From Carcharhinus longimanus (Eukaryota): a DNA stretch of 64,000 nucleotides. Location of the stretch: the NCBI GenBank assembly GCA_030264375.1, contig JASCQW010000043.1, positions 37,768,449 to 37,832,448 on the forward strand. Direction: 5' to 3'. A program made the position numbers and the translations under genes. The notes under the pieces were generated by a model that saw only the letters and a list, made by a program, of their open reading frames with translations, was not told the DNA's origin and searched no databases. Every line of letters begins with the position of its first letter. The stretch's first letter is position 1. Shown one piece after another: positions 25,086 through 37,586 of this stretch.

Positions 25086-25379
25086 CAAAGTTGATGTACT
25101 GGAGCTCAAACTTCATGCATACTAGGATGCATCAGAGAGTGGGAAGATGCCTGGACACTTCAATCCATGAAGCAGTTAGACCCTTCAGATTTGATCAATG
25201 GTCAGGGACAGGAGGGTGTGGCTGTGAGTGAGCTAGGAATGGGGATCCATACCTAAGATAGCAATGGAGAAGCCTATGCCCTTGTGTTAGAAGTAGCAAA
25301 ATAAGTCAGTGCTGGGAATAGATTACAGGTCCCCTGACAGTAGCTGCACTACAAGCTGTGTGTAAATCAAGAAATCGTA

Positions 25380-26545
25380 AAGAGAACAAAGAAAATTACA
25401 CTACTGGAATAGGCCCTTCAGCCTTCCCAGCCAGCACTGACCATCTGCCCATCTGAACTAAAAACCCCTATCCTCTCAGGGATCATATCCCTCTATTCCC
25501 ATCCTCTTCATGTATTTGTCCAGATGCCCCTTAAAAGTCACCATTGTATCAGCTTCCACTACCCTCTCGGCAGCGAGTTCCAGGCACCCACCACCCTCTG
25601 TGTACATCTCCTTTAAACCTTGCCTATTGCACCTTAAACTTCTGATTTGATGTATTATTGTCACATGTATTCATATATAGTGAAAAGTATTGTTTCTTGC
25701 ATGCTATACAGACAAAACATACCGTTCATAGAGAAAGAAATGAGAGACTACAGAATGTAGTGTTACAGTCATAGTTAGGGTGTGGAGAAAGATCAACTTA
25801 ATGTGAGGTAGGTCCGTTTAAAAGTCTGATGGCAGCAGGGAAGACACTGTTCTTGAGTCGGTTGGTACATGACCTCAGACTTTTGTATCTTTTTCCCAAC
25901 CAAAGAAGATTGAACAGAGTATGTCCGGGGTGTGTGGGGTCCTTAATTATGCTGGCTGCCTTGCCAAGGCAGCAGGAAATGTAGACAAAGTCAATGGATG
26001 GGGAGTTGGTTTGCATGATGGATTGGGCTACATTCATGACCTTTTGTACTTTCTTGCGGTCTTGGGCAGAGCAGGAGCCATACCAACCTGTCATACAACC
26101 AGAAAGAATGCTTTCTATGGTGCATCTGCAAATGTTAGTGAGAGTCATAACTGACATGCCAACTTTCCTTAGTTTCTGAGAAAGGGGAGGCATGGTGGGC
26201 TTTCTTAACTGGCGAAACCTATGCCCTCTAGAAATTGACTCTTCCATCCTGGGAAAAAGCTTCTGACTATCCACTCTGTCCATGCCTCACATAATCTTGT
26301 AGATTTCTACCAAGTTGCCCCTCAACCTCCATCGTTCCAGTGAGAGAGAACAAACCAAGTTTCTCCAACCTCTCCTCATAGTTAATGCTCTCCAGACCAG
26401 GCAATACCCTGGTAAATCTTTTCTGTACCCGCTNNNNNNNNNNAGTAATATGGCAACCAGAATTGAACACTATGTTCTAAGTGTGGCCTAACTAAGGTTC
26501 TGTAAGGCTGCAACATGACCAATTTTTAAACTCACTGCCCCAGCT
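25380..26545 (-). mobile_element. CR1 (HER1-like) LINE 3' fragment interrupted by Rex1
   Basis: RVQKRFTRVLPGL..YEERLEKLGLFSL, DRVDSQKLFPR..SRGHRF, GAWNSL..RVVEADT. Confidence 0.9.
25640..26214 (-). mobile_element. Rex1-clade LINE 3' end
   Basis: LRKVGMS..LTN..RCTIESILSGC..WYGSCSAQDRKK..KDPTHPGH..RLKNSVFPAAIRLLN; tail TACATGTGACAATAAT(A)CATCAAATC; CR1 resumes with AAAC on both sides. Confidence 0.92.
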
Positions 26546-26574
26546 GATATAATGGAGGCTTAGATGAAAAGTAC

Positions 26575-28652
26575 TGCAGTAATCATGGGTGATTTTAATC
26601 TTCATATAGATTGGATTAATTAAATTGACGGAGGCAATCTGGAGGATGAGTTTATAAGAAGATATTCAGAACATTTTCTTAGAACAATGCATTCTGGAAT
26701 CAACCAGGTGTCAGGTTATTTCAGACTTGTTAATATCTAATCGAGGTTTTGTGCTCAATGAGTAGCATCACTTTCTCTAAGCCAGGAACTCGAGGTTTGA
26801 GCGCCACCTCAGAATTTGTTGGCCAAGGAAGATGCATTCATAACACAACCAGACAGACTGAGCGTCAATCTGCAAATCCTTCCAACACTCCAATGGCTAG
26901 GGGTAAGAGTGGGAGAACTATGAATAATGTTGGGTGGCAGCCCTCAAGCCCCTAGCAACAGACTAGTTACTTTTTCCAGGAACGACCCGCAACAGAAACA
27001 GACAAACGTATGACTTAATGCACCATTAGGTGCAGGAAGAGAATTGGAATTGGAATATTTAATGAGAAAGGATTAATTAATGACCTCATAATAAAGGCAT
27101 AACATGATAGAATTTCATATTCAGTGTGAGGGTGATAAATGTGTGTCTGAAAATAGAGTCTTAAACTTAAGTAAAAATAATTAAAATGGTATAAAGACAG
27201 AGAATCGCATCCTGGCTCTTTTTTGGACTAAATGCCATAAGATTGCTTTCTGAAGCTCTTCTGTTTTCCCGCCTTGCTCGGCACTTAAATTTTTTTCGTA
27301 AGATCACGCCATTAGAATTTTTTTTGTAAGCGTGCGCCCAAAATTTGCTGAAGTGGATTTGGAAGATAGATTAAAAAAGGAGTGGCACCCTTTTAAGGAG
27401 ATTTTTCACATCACTCAACAAAGATCTATTCCATTGAAGAAACAAGCAACTATGAGAAGGATGTACCATCCTTGACTAATTAGGGAAGTTGATGAGGTCT
27501 TCTATTTGAAAGAGAAGGTGTACAATGCTGTGAAGGTTACTGGGAAACCAGAAGATTGAAGACATTCTAGAAATCAGCAAGTGATAACTAATCAAAAACT
27601 AATGCTGGAGTAGTAGATTATGAGAAGGATCTTGCAAGAAATATTAAAACAGGCAGTAAAAACTTATACAAGTGTATAAAAAAGGAAGAAAGTCACTAAA
27701 ATGTGCATTGCTGCCTTAGAGGGTGAGAATGGGAAATTAATAATGGGAAACAAGGTAATGACAGAGATTTTAATCAGGTATTTCATACCTTTTTTCACAA
27801 TAGAAGACAGAGTAAACCTGAGAATAGTAAAAGATCAAGAAATAAAAGGAAGTGAGGAACTAAAAACATAAACATGAGAAAAAGTATGAGGAAAACTAAT
27901 AGGCCTAAAGGTCAACAAGTCCCCTGGAATTGATGGTCTGCATTCTAAAATCTTAAAAGAAGGGGCTATAGGTTGCATCCTTTCAAAATTTCCAATATTC
28001 TGGAACGGTCCCAGTGGATTGGAAAACTGTAAATGCAACACCACTATTCAAGAAAGGAGATAGGAAGCAGGAGACTACGGGCCAATTAGTCTGCTATCTG
28101 TCAATGGGAAAATGTGGGAATCCCTTATTGAGGAAGTAATAGTAGAACATTTCTAAAATTATAATATAGTGTGGTAGAGTCATCTTGGTCTTTAGAAAGG
28201 GAAATTATATTTGACAAATCAAAGTTCTTTGAGGATATAGTAAGTGGGTGGATAAAGAAGAGGTATAATAGGTGTAGTTTAATTGGATTTCCAGAGATGC
28301 TGCTCTTACATGAAAGGATACTACACAAGTAAGAGTCAATGATATTGAGAATACTATTTTAGCATGGATAGAGAATTAGTTAACAAACAGGAAACAGAGA
28401 GGTGGGATAAATGGGTCATTTTTAAGTTGGCAGACAGTAACCAGTAACCACATGTATCAATGTTGGGCCTCATCTGTTTACAATTTTCATTAATGATTTA
28501 ACTAAAGACTCTGAATTTGTTGTTGCTGAATGATATAAAAATAGGTAGAAAACCAACTAGGTAAAAAATTTGAAAATGGAGTGTAATATGGAAAAATGAG
28601 ATTGTCCATTTTGGCAGGAAGAATAGAAAAACAGAATATTATTTAAATAGAG
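26575..28652 (+). mobile_element. CR1-clade LINE ORF2 (endonuclease C-term to RT), degraded
   Basis: MGDFNL.IDW, KSPG.DGLH, DW.NATPLFKKG, NYRPISL-like and TI.INDL motifs with many stops. Confidence 0.85.
26742..27053 (+). mobile_element. tRNA-derived SINE ('family C')
   Basis: A/B-box-like head, 10-bp TSD AATATCTAAT/AATATTTAAT, TGCACC-ATTA-GGTGCA hairpin, (GAATTG)n tail. Confidence 0.7.
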
Positions 28653-28654
28653 AT

Positions 28655-29411
28655 AGCCCGATTTTATCGGGTGCGAAAACTTGGTATGGTCGAGCGTGAG
28701 GTGATAAATGCAATCCGCATCCACACTCGGGCAGATGCCCACTTTACCGAGGCCCAAAAATGGCCGCGATCCGAACAATGCCCAAAACAGGCACAATGGC
28801 AATTTAAATGCATTTGTATACATTTAAATTGAATTAAAGGGCTGCCCACCCAACTTTACCAGTATTTCCCCTTTACCATCGCGTTTGCATGTCCAGGTTT
28901 GGCACAAAACAGCCCAGGTGTGTTTGTCAATTTTTTTTTCCAAAAAAGAAGGCAGAAGGGAGGCCAGATCGTTCTCTGGTGGGGGAGAGTGGGGAAGGGG
29001 GGTCTGCTGTCACTCTGCGGGCAATCGGTGGGGGGAAAGGAGGCAGGGGATCATGATTGATCTGGGTAGCGGGTGGAGGCTGGATGGATAAGGGGGAACA
29101 CTTATGTTGTGCGGGTGGGGCAATGTTAGTGGGGACCATTACTCCCGGATTGCTTTATGCGCTTCTTATGGCCCGGGAGCGATGTGACAGGGGAGCGTTT
29201 TTCAATTTTTTTTCAACTGCATGCGCAGTTGAAGGCTCTGATCAGCACAGCAGTGTTTTGGGCGTGATAAGCCCTGCCACAGTGCGATCCAGACTCATGA
29301 TTTTTTTTTTCAGGCTATGTGTATATGGGGACACCTGAGAACAGGCTTTGAAATCAGATCTGAATTACGCCCAGATTAAGCACTTAGAATCAAAATGGTA
29401 AAATCGTCCCC
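28655..29411. mobile_element. Non-autonomous Harbinger-like element
   Basis: AGCCCGATTTTA...GTAAAATCGTCCC termini; CpG-rich; G-rich internal tract. Confidence 0.72.
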
Positions 29412-29412
29412 A

Positions 29413-31848
29413 AAGATTCAAAATAACAACAAGGTTTATTCTAGGAACTGTTGCCTGTACAGAGTAGAAAATAAAAATAAACAGCAGCCTGTGAAATACC
29501 CCAATGCCATCAAATCATGTGACTGGCTCTTAAAACAATCATGCAGCTACTGAAATATATAACATTCTTCCCTTTCACTTTGTTTGCCATTAAAACAAAT
29601 TACTACAATGTTATACATGGGATCAGTATGGTGGCACATTGGTTCGCACTGCTGCCTCACAGCACTAGGGACCCAGCTTCAATCCCTGGCTTGGGTTACT
29701 GTCTGTGCAGAGTCTGCACGTTCTCCAGTTTCCTCCCATGATCTAAAAGACATGCTGGTTAGAAGAATTGGTCATGCTAAATTCTCCCTCTATGTCCCCG
29801 AACAGGCGGTGGAGCGTGGTGACTCGGGGATTTTCACGGCAATTTCAATCCAGTGTTAATGTAAGTCTACTTGTGACACTAATAAATAAACTTAAAATAA
29901 AGGAATAATAATACTCTAGACAGAACTATGCACAGTATGTAAGAAAGTTGAATCGGAGAATGTCTATTCCTCTTTGGTTGTATATGACGATCTAGAATTT
30001 GGCTGCCCTTGAGCCTGGAGGCATGATTTGGGCGTTAAATGGATAATTCTTCTCTTGGAACTAGTTCTGCATCATTCTCATATGGGGTAGTAGCAGAGAG
30101 ACAATCATCAGGCAACTTAAATTCAACTAAGTCTTTCATAGTAATATTCACAACACCAGGAATGAAGGAAGTTGGTGCTTCTGGCAGTGATTCTGATAAA
30201 TCATTTTGAATCTTTGTAATTCATCCTGTATGGATAAGACATTCAGTTGGAATTCTTCATCATATTTCTGGACATTCTTATCTTTATAGTCAAAATTATT
30301 TCCTTCCACGTTGTAAATTTTGCAACCTGTTCTTCTTCTTGAAGAAACCTGGATTCTTCCTCTGAATATTCTTCTCAGGGGAAGCTGGTCCAGCCCAACG
30401 AGCTTTTACAATGTGACCCATTTTGCTACATTTCTTGCATAGATTCTGCTTGCTCCAGCATTCATTTCTCCAGCACAGATCATTTTGGCAGATCTCTGAC
30501 ATGTTTGTTTTGCTGTTTGGCTTCCATAGGCAATTCCCAATTGTGAATCTTCATTCCTCCGTCAAATTGTGAAGCCTCTTTAGCAGCCAATTCCATCAAC
30601 GCTGCGATTTCTGTTGCTGCCTTTAAAATGATTGCATGTACTGTAAGCAATCTTCTTCAGATAGCCTCATTTTGGAGACTACAAATTAGATGACCTCAAG
30701 AGTATCTTCCAAAAACTCACCAAATTCATAAAGTTGTGCAGCCTTTTTACAGCTGCTCCAAACTGAACAAAGCTTTTGCCTTCCACTTCATTCCTTTGAT
30801 GAAACCTGAACTATTCATGATGATCACTGGCTTTATAGAGTAATGTTCTTCAAGGATCCTTATCATGCCACTGTAAGGTTTGGTTCCTGGCTCTGCTGGA
30901 CGAACTAAGTTTCAGATCAAACTGAAGGTTTTACTCCCTATTTTACTGAAAGAAGCTCGTATGAGCAACTCATTTTCAATTTCATTCACTTGTACTGTAT
31001 GCTCTGTATATGAATTCCATGATTCATTTTCTTCATTGAAAGGACACATGATGCCTAATTGACTCGCCATTTCTCTTGCAGACACTAGCCACTTGATACT
31101 GCACAGTATATTATTTTACTTTCTTCCCAGAGCTGCCCGTTTTAGCTTGGAGCCCGTTGACTTGATGTATTTTTTTGCAAACGGCCTCACTGTTACAACA
31201 AAGGATCCCCTTTCTTCAAATATGCTACATAGTGCCTGGGATCTCACCCTTCTCTGTTTGGAAAGAAACCTCCCATTTTAAAACCACACAGAAAGCTTCT
31301 ACCCCTTTTATGCTCACATGGCCTTTCTTCACTGGCACTTTTATCCTGTTACATAGAAACATAGAAGATAGGAGCATTTGGCCCTTTGAGCCTGCTCCAT
31401 CATTCGTTACGATCATGGCTGATCATGCACTTCAATAGCCTAATCCTGCTTTTTCCCCATAACCTTTAATCCCATTCGCTCCAAGTGCTATATCTAGCTG
31501 CCTCTTGGATATATTATTATTGATCTTTCCCAGCCTTCCAATATTAGAAGTGTGGGGACCCACAATTTTTTTTTCTCTATGTAGGAGCTTTTCCTGAGTT
31601 TCTCAAAGAAACACAATCCTGACTCATCGCCAATTTTCTTTTTGTAATGTTTTAGCTATATTAGAGATTATGAGTTTTAAACAAAAATGAAAGATCTGGT
31701 TTGCACATTTAGATTCAAATTATCAACAGCAAAATTTATTCGAGGAGTTCTGGTCTGTACAGAGTAGAAAATGAAACATGTGAAACACTCCAATCAAATC
31801 ATGTGAGCAATTCTTAAAACAATCATGCAACTGCTTAAATATATAACA
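29413..31848 (-). mobile_element. Internally deleted Ty3/Gypsy LTR retrotransposon
   Basis: 5' LTR 31643-31848 (TG..CA), PBS-like TGGCGATGAGTCAGGA, gag remnant (ESWNSY.E, IGSKTF, EEHYS.KP, LMELAAKEA, CKKCSKMGHIV knuckle), PPT GAAAGGGAAGAA, partial 3' LTR 29413-29564. Confidence 0.87.
29622..29895 (+). mobile_element. V-SINE with alternative (Rex1-like) tail
   Basis: HE1 head and V-domain; tail CCGAACAGGCG...TTTTCAC...TACTTGTGACACTAATAAATAAAC. Confidence 0.88.
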
Positions 31849-31914
31849 GCATTTGTCCTATCTGTTGGAAATGCAATGCTGGAATTTCATCAGGGGTTCT
31901 CCAGAATGACTATC

Positions 31915-32357
31915 TATTGATAGCACTGTCACCTGTGAAACACAGGATTCCTGCTTCAAATCCCATGGCCACTCCACGGCCTCAGCACAACAATCAAGTC
32001 TCACACTTCAGTGCGGTCTGGAGAGAATGCTTCACCATTCAGATGAGACATTAAACCATCTGCCTGCTTGAGTGAATGTTAAAGATCCATGGCACTTTTT
32101 CAGAGAAGAGCAGGATATGGAGATATCCCCTGAGTTTTCATCAATTTATACCCCTCAATGAACATCACAAAATAAAACAAACTATCCAGTCATTATTATA
32201 TCGCTGTTGGGGGGAGTTTGCTGTGTGCATACTGACTGCCTCATTTCCTACATTACAGTGGTGACTACACTTCAAAAAAGTACTTAATTAGCAGTAAAGT
32301 GTTTTGAGATGCTCAGTGCCCATAAGAAGCATTACATCAATGCATGTCTTTATTTCC
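31915..32357 (+). mobile_element. DeuSINE (SacSINE1/AmnSINE1-like)
   Basis: CAGATGAGACATTAAAC, TAAAGATCCATGGCACT..GAAGAGCAG, GGGAGTTTGCTGTGTGCA, L2-type tail AATGCATGTCTTT. Confidence 0.8.
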
Positions 32358-32515
32358 TCTTTCTAACTACAGTGGATAACCAGATAGATGCATAATTCAG
32401 GCTTCTACTAAGATTATGGTAGGTGACTGGCAGAGTTTCTGGAGAAATTGTTGAACGTGGGTATTGCAGTGAGGTTCATAACTAAAAAGGACAAGGTCAC
32501 TGATTAAAGACATTC

Positions 32516-33611
32516 TGTTCCCATCCTCCCCGTAACTCCAGGAATTACGAGAACAAAATGCATGTGACATAATGTTTGGCTCAACTTCAGATTCATTAGT
32601 TTATTGAATTCACAAACCCCCGCCCCCCCCCCCCCCAGCACAAACCCTCTTGTGATTTGACCGGAATCAACAGCAATACCTCACAGCACAGACACACATA
32701 AAAGGTTGACTGAAATTTACAAAAGCCCTCATAATACAAACTCCTCTACGATTTGACTGAGATAATCACCAACACAGCTAATCACGACCAGTGAGCCTGG
32801 ATCTGGAGATATCTGGTTTTCATCTTTCTCCCCTTGACTGCAGTGCCCGGGTTCCGATACCATACTCGTTCATGATGATTTATATCATACTATCACGGGC
32901 ACAGATCCAAAGTAATAGAATCACTACACTGCAAAAGGAGGCAATTGGGACAATAGGGTGGGATTTTCCAGCTGCACTTGCCCCAAGGCCGGTAAATCCT
33001 ATCCGAGGTCAACGAACCTTTGCCAGGTCTGTGTCCCACCTGCTACAATTCCTGTGGTGGGCAGGATAGTAAAATTCCGCCCATTGAGTCTATACGTACT
33101 CACTGAAAGAGCCATCTCACCCAGGTCCCCTACCCCGCCCTAGCCCCTAACCCCACAACTTTACCATGGTTAACCCACCTCACCTGCACATCCGTGAGTC
33201 ACCCGATGATTAACATCTCTTTATTTTGGTTAATTCCATGCTCTGGTTTGGACAGCACTGTATAGGTATAGTCAGTTCTTTTGCTGTTAACACAAGAGAA
33301 AGCAAAGTGATTCCCTCCTCATGGTGGGGGACATCTGGGTTAAAGCTTGACTGAGGTGCGAATGCTCCTTCTGTTCCTGGCAGGAACTAATTGTGCCATG
33401 CAACGGCAGTTACCCTGTGCCATTGACAACGATAATGGCCCTCTCAATCTCTTGATGAGTCCACATTACGGTTAGCTTTCTCGGTTACAGTTAATCCTTT
33501 AGTGCCTGTACAATTCTCTTCTGTGTGTGCTTTTGAGCTTTCACTATTTTATATTTTTACAGCTCGGGGTCATGTCCTTCGCTGATCCCGTACTCGCAAA
33601 GGGAATTCACA
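32516..33611 (-). mobile_element. Candidate solo LTR containing a V-SINE fragment and a MITE
   Basis: TG..CA ends (TGTTCCC / GGGAATTCACA), flanks ATTC/ATCC, minus-strand ATATAAA (~32880) and AATAAA (~32602), CpG-retaining. Confidence 0.45.
32915..33195 (-). mobile_element. HE1 V-SINE 3' part, with Harbinger MITE at 32956-33082
   Basis: AGAATCACTACACTGCAAAAGGAGGC tail split by GGGTGGGATTTT...AAAATTCCGCCC (flanks ATA/ATT). Confidence 0.85.
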
Positions 33612-34397
33612 ATCCAAGTGAGTGCAGATAATAATCCTCCCAGCCTGTGATCCATTCTAACTCTAATCACCCCATTCAGCCAGAGTCTTATGCTGCTACT
33701 GACATGGGAAATAAGGCTCGTGTTACTAGGAGGTGAAATGTCAGATTCCAATGATGGGAGGAAAGTAGGGAATTGAGGTTGTAAAGGATAGAAGGTAGAT
33801 CGATGGCAAGCGGTAAGAACCTATTTTTAGTGGACATACATGTTTTGATTACTCATTAAGGCACAATTTCACTGGATTAAGTGGTAATTTGTCTAATTCA
33901 AAGTGGTGTGTAGCAAGGTGAGGTAGTCTTCCTGGTGGAGTTGGACTGAGCAGAAGCTACTTTTCTTTCATGGTGCTTTTTGTGTATTACCACAGAGGAG
34001 GCATTGATGCCTCTTGAGATTGGGTGGTGGTAATGCAAGGGACATGGCTAACAAAGGGAAGGAGGCGGAGGGGGTACTGTCTGTGCAAGGACATCAGGAC
34101 ATGGTTGGTAGCAAGAGAAAGGGGGACAGTGTGGTGTCTGTNNNNNNNNNNAGGGAATCATGGACATGGTTGACAGAGAGAGGTAGAATGGATTGTTGAC
34201 AAACTGTGAGGTCTAGTGGGAACAGGGGAGGAAGGTGGACTATATAGGGAATGCAATATCTGTCGATGGGCAGTGCAGCATGATTGTAGGGAATACCTCA
34301 CCACAAATGTCAGAGACAATGTTGGAGATGGCTGAGGACATCAAGGGATTCTGTTACTCACCTATGTCAGCTATTTCAGAATAACCTCAATTCCTGG

Positions 34398-34753
34398 GGT
34401 GGCACGGTGGCTCAGTGGTGGGGCAGCACGGTGGCAGAATGGTTAGCACTGCTACCTCAACGTGCCAGGGACCTGGGTTTGCTTCCCAGCTTGGGTCACT
34501 CTCTGTGTGGAGTCTGTACGTTCTGCCTGTGTCTGTGTGGAATTCCTCCGGATGCTCCAGTTTCCTCCCACAGTCCAAAGATGTGCAGACTAGGTAGATT
34601 GGCCATGCTAAATTGCACCTTAGTATTGGGGGAACTAGCTAGAGTAAATATAGGGGGATAGGGAGTAATGGGGATAGGGCCTGCATGGGATTGTGGTCGG
34701 TACAGACTTGATGGGCCAAATGGCCTCCTTCTGCACTGTAGGATTCTATGATT
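34398..34753 (+). mobile_element. HE1-type V-SINE
   Basis: Full head, V-domain and GGATTCTATGATTCT tail. Confidence 0.93.
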
Positions 34754-35524
34754 CTGGGGATTGGGAGACAATCCAATGNNNNNNNNNNNNNNNNNNNNNN
34801 NNNNNNNNNNNNNNNNNNNNNNNNNNNNNNNNNNNNNNNNNNNNNNNNNNNNNNNNNNNNNNNNNNNNNNNNNNNNNNGCAGACTTGATGGGCCAAATGG
34901 CCTCCTTCTGCACTGTAGGATTCTATGATTCTGGGGATTGGGAGACAATCCAATGACAATTCAAAACCGATGTCAGTCACTTTAAAAATCACCGGGCCAT
35001 TGTATTCCTATGCAGTCTGTCTGGTCCAGGGCTCCTCTAGCCTCAACTCTCCCTTAGTCAGCTTCTGACCATTCACCTTTACTTTCTGTGTCCCATGCTA
35101 GCTATCACTGTAGCTGATTCCTCACTTGAGGCACCATCTCATTTGGCTTTTAAAACTGCCATCTCTCAAAAATGTCCTCCATTCATTCTCTTATACCATT
35201 TTCTTTCTGACTTACTTTTCTTCTCAAGTCTTTGAACTGCTATATTTCAGAGGCCATCTCTCTCAACACCGCTATTCAAATCCCTCGGGTCTGTTTTCTA
35301 CAAACAATGCAGTCAAAATCACAAGCAACATCCTCTGCTGACTGTGCCAGTGATGTATTAGCCCTCCAAATGCTGCCAGATCCCAGATAATCTGCTTTCC
35401 ACCAAAGCCCGAGTCTGAGCTATACACCAGCCATTGCTTTTCTCTGCACGCTTCATTCTACACGTTGAATCCAAGCTGTTCAACCACATTGCCCACCCTC
35501 AACCTTTGTTTCTTTCTCAGCTAC

Positions 35525-35840
35525 AAGAAAGAAAAGAAAGACTTGCATTTTTATCAACCCTTTCATGGCCATCATGCTTTACAGCAAATGTAGTTTTTTT
35601 TAATGTAGTTACTGCAGTAATGTCGGAAATACAGCTGTTAATTTTCATACAGCAAACTCCCATAAACAGCAACGTGATAATGAGCAGGTAACTGTTTGTA
35701 TTTTTATGATGCTGATTGAGGGATAAATATTGTCTGAGAAGCTGCAGATAACTCCTCTGTTCTTCTTCAAAATAGTGTCAGGGAATCCTTCATGTGCACT
35801 TTGGTTTAATCTCTTGTCTAAAAAATGGAACCCTTGACAG
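35525..35840 (-). mobile_element. DeuSINE 3' part
   Basis: AAAGAAAGACTTGCATTT tail (reverse complement), CAGCAAACTCCCA, GATTGAGGGATAAATATTG. Confidence 0.78.
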
Positions 35841-35854
35841 TGTGATATCATATA

Positions 35855-36357
35855 TCCATTTGCCTGGAAGAGTCCAGCACCAGAAATACTCGAGAAACTT
35901 GACGCCATCCAGGGCAATTCAGCCTACTTGATTGGCATCCCATGCAGCACAATAAATATTTATTCCCCTGACACTGATGCACAGTGGAAGCAGTACATAC
36001 CACTCACATGATGCATTGCAACAAATCACCAAGACCTGTTTGATACCACTTTCCAAACCGGCAACCTCTACCACCTAGAAAACAAGGACAGCAGGGGCAT
36101 CAGAATGCCAGCACTTGCAAGTTCCCCTTCAAGCCACACATAATCCTGACTCTGAAACTTAGCACAGTTTCTTCACTAACGCTGGGTCAAAATCCTGAAA
36201 CTCCCTCCCTAAACAGCACTGTGGGTGCACCTTCGCCACATGTACTGCAACAGCTCAAGAAGACAGCACACCACTACCTTCGTGAGGGCAATTAGGGATG
36301 GGCAATAAATGCTGGCCTAACCAGCGATGCCCACATCACGTGAAAGAGTTTTTTAAA
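35855..36357 (+). mobile_element. L2/CR1-group LINE 3' end
   Basis: Tail GGGCAATTAGGGATGGGCAATAAATGCTGGCCTAACCAGCGATGCCCAC. Confidence 0.87.
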
Positions 36358-36519
36358 AATCCTTCCCACCTGCTGGCATAAAGCTACTGGTGAATGCAAG
36401 TTTTCATGTGAGTATTCACATGGCCAAGCATGGTGCGATGATAGGCATTGAATAAAATCTGAACTAAATTCATGTCCCGTCACCAACAATTATACATAAG
36501 ATGTTTCTGCTGATTAGGC

Positions 36520-36812
36520 AGTCCAGAACCCTAGGGGACATAATTTCAGAATAAGAGGGAAGCCACTTAGGACTGAGATGAGGAGAAATATTGTGAATAT
36601 TTGGAATTCTCTGCTCCAGAGGGCTGTGCAAGCTCAACCATTGAATATGTTTGAAACAGAGACTTACAGATTTCTAAATACCAGTGATGTGAAGAGATAT
36701 GGGGATTGTGTGGGGGAAAAGGATTGAGGTGGATAATCAGCCATGATTGTATTGAATGACGGGGCAGGCTCAATGAGCTGAATGGCCTCTTCCTGTTCCT
36801 TCGCTCCTATGT
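36520..36812 (+). mobile_element. CR1 LINE 3' end
   Basis: CCTAGGGGACATAATTT..TTAGGACTGAGATGAGGAGAAAT..GAATGGCCT.TCCTGTTCCT. Confidence 0.85.
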
Positions 36813-36917
36813 TCCAAAACCTTAAATTAATACCAATTACATGTAAATACCTAAAACACACCATCACAATCACAATCATACTTTTTGAATCATATAGTAC
36901 AATCACGAAAACACATT

Positions 36918-37044
36918 GGCCAGAATTTTATCACCCCGCCCGTCACAGGACTCACAGTGGGCAAGGAGAGGAACATGGAAAGGTCCATTGACCTCGGGTG
37001 GAATTTTATGGTTTTGGGATGAGCAAAGCTGTAAAATCCCACCC
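36918..37044. mobile_element. Harbinger-type MITE
   Basis: GGCCAGAATTTT...AAAATCCCACCC; flanks ATT/ATA. Confidence 0.83.
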
Positions 37045-37586
37045 ATAATGTACAAATATGTACACATTTAATATCAGTAAAAAGAGGAATGAGCAGAAAG
37101 GTTGCTCTACCTTGTTCTGTAAACCTGGAAATCAAGCCTAAAAAATCACAGTACTCCACAATAAAAATTAGTTTAATTTATTCAATCAGTAGAAATCAGC
37201 AGCTCTCAATTTATTGTGCATGATGCAGGATAAAAATCTATATCCTCTGACTCATCATAAGCAATGCTGTGAAAGATTTATTAATTGTCAAAAAGAAGTG
37301 TTGCATCTANNNNNNNNNNACTTTGCATTCATTACCCTTATGAAGTGTTTATCTCATGAAAAAAATCTCTGATTGTCTCAAAACAGATCAAAAACACTTA
37401 CTTCACTCTTTCTGGATACCAGTAGTTTCCATGCCACCTCCGCTGTCCCCTTCATCACACACACACTGAAGCAAGGGCTTCATCGCCCTCAACAGCATTT
37501 GCCGCAGCTCTCCTGTCTCGGTACACCAGTGTCTTTGGAACTAATTTTCGATATGTATCCCATGTTCATTTACTTTTAGAGTCATA

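Noticed and set aside
34700-34956. Exact ~77-bp direct repeat
   Set aside because: The identical copies flank a 100-N gap, so this is most likely a scaffolding overlap artefact.
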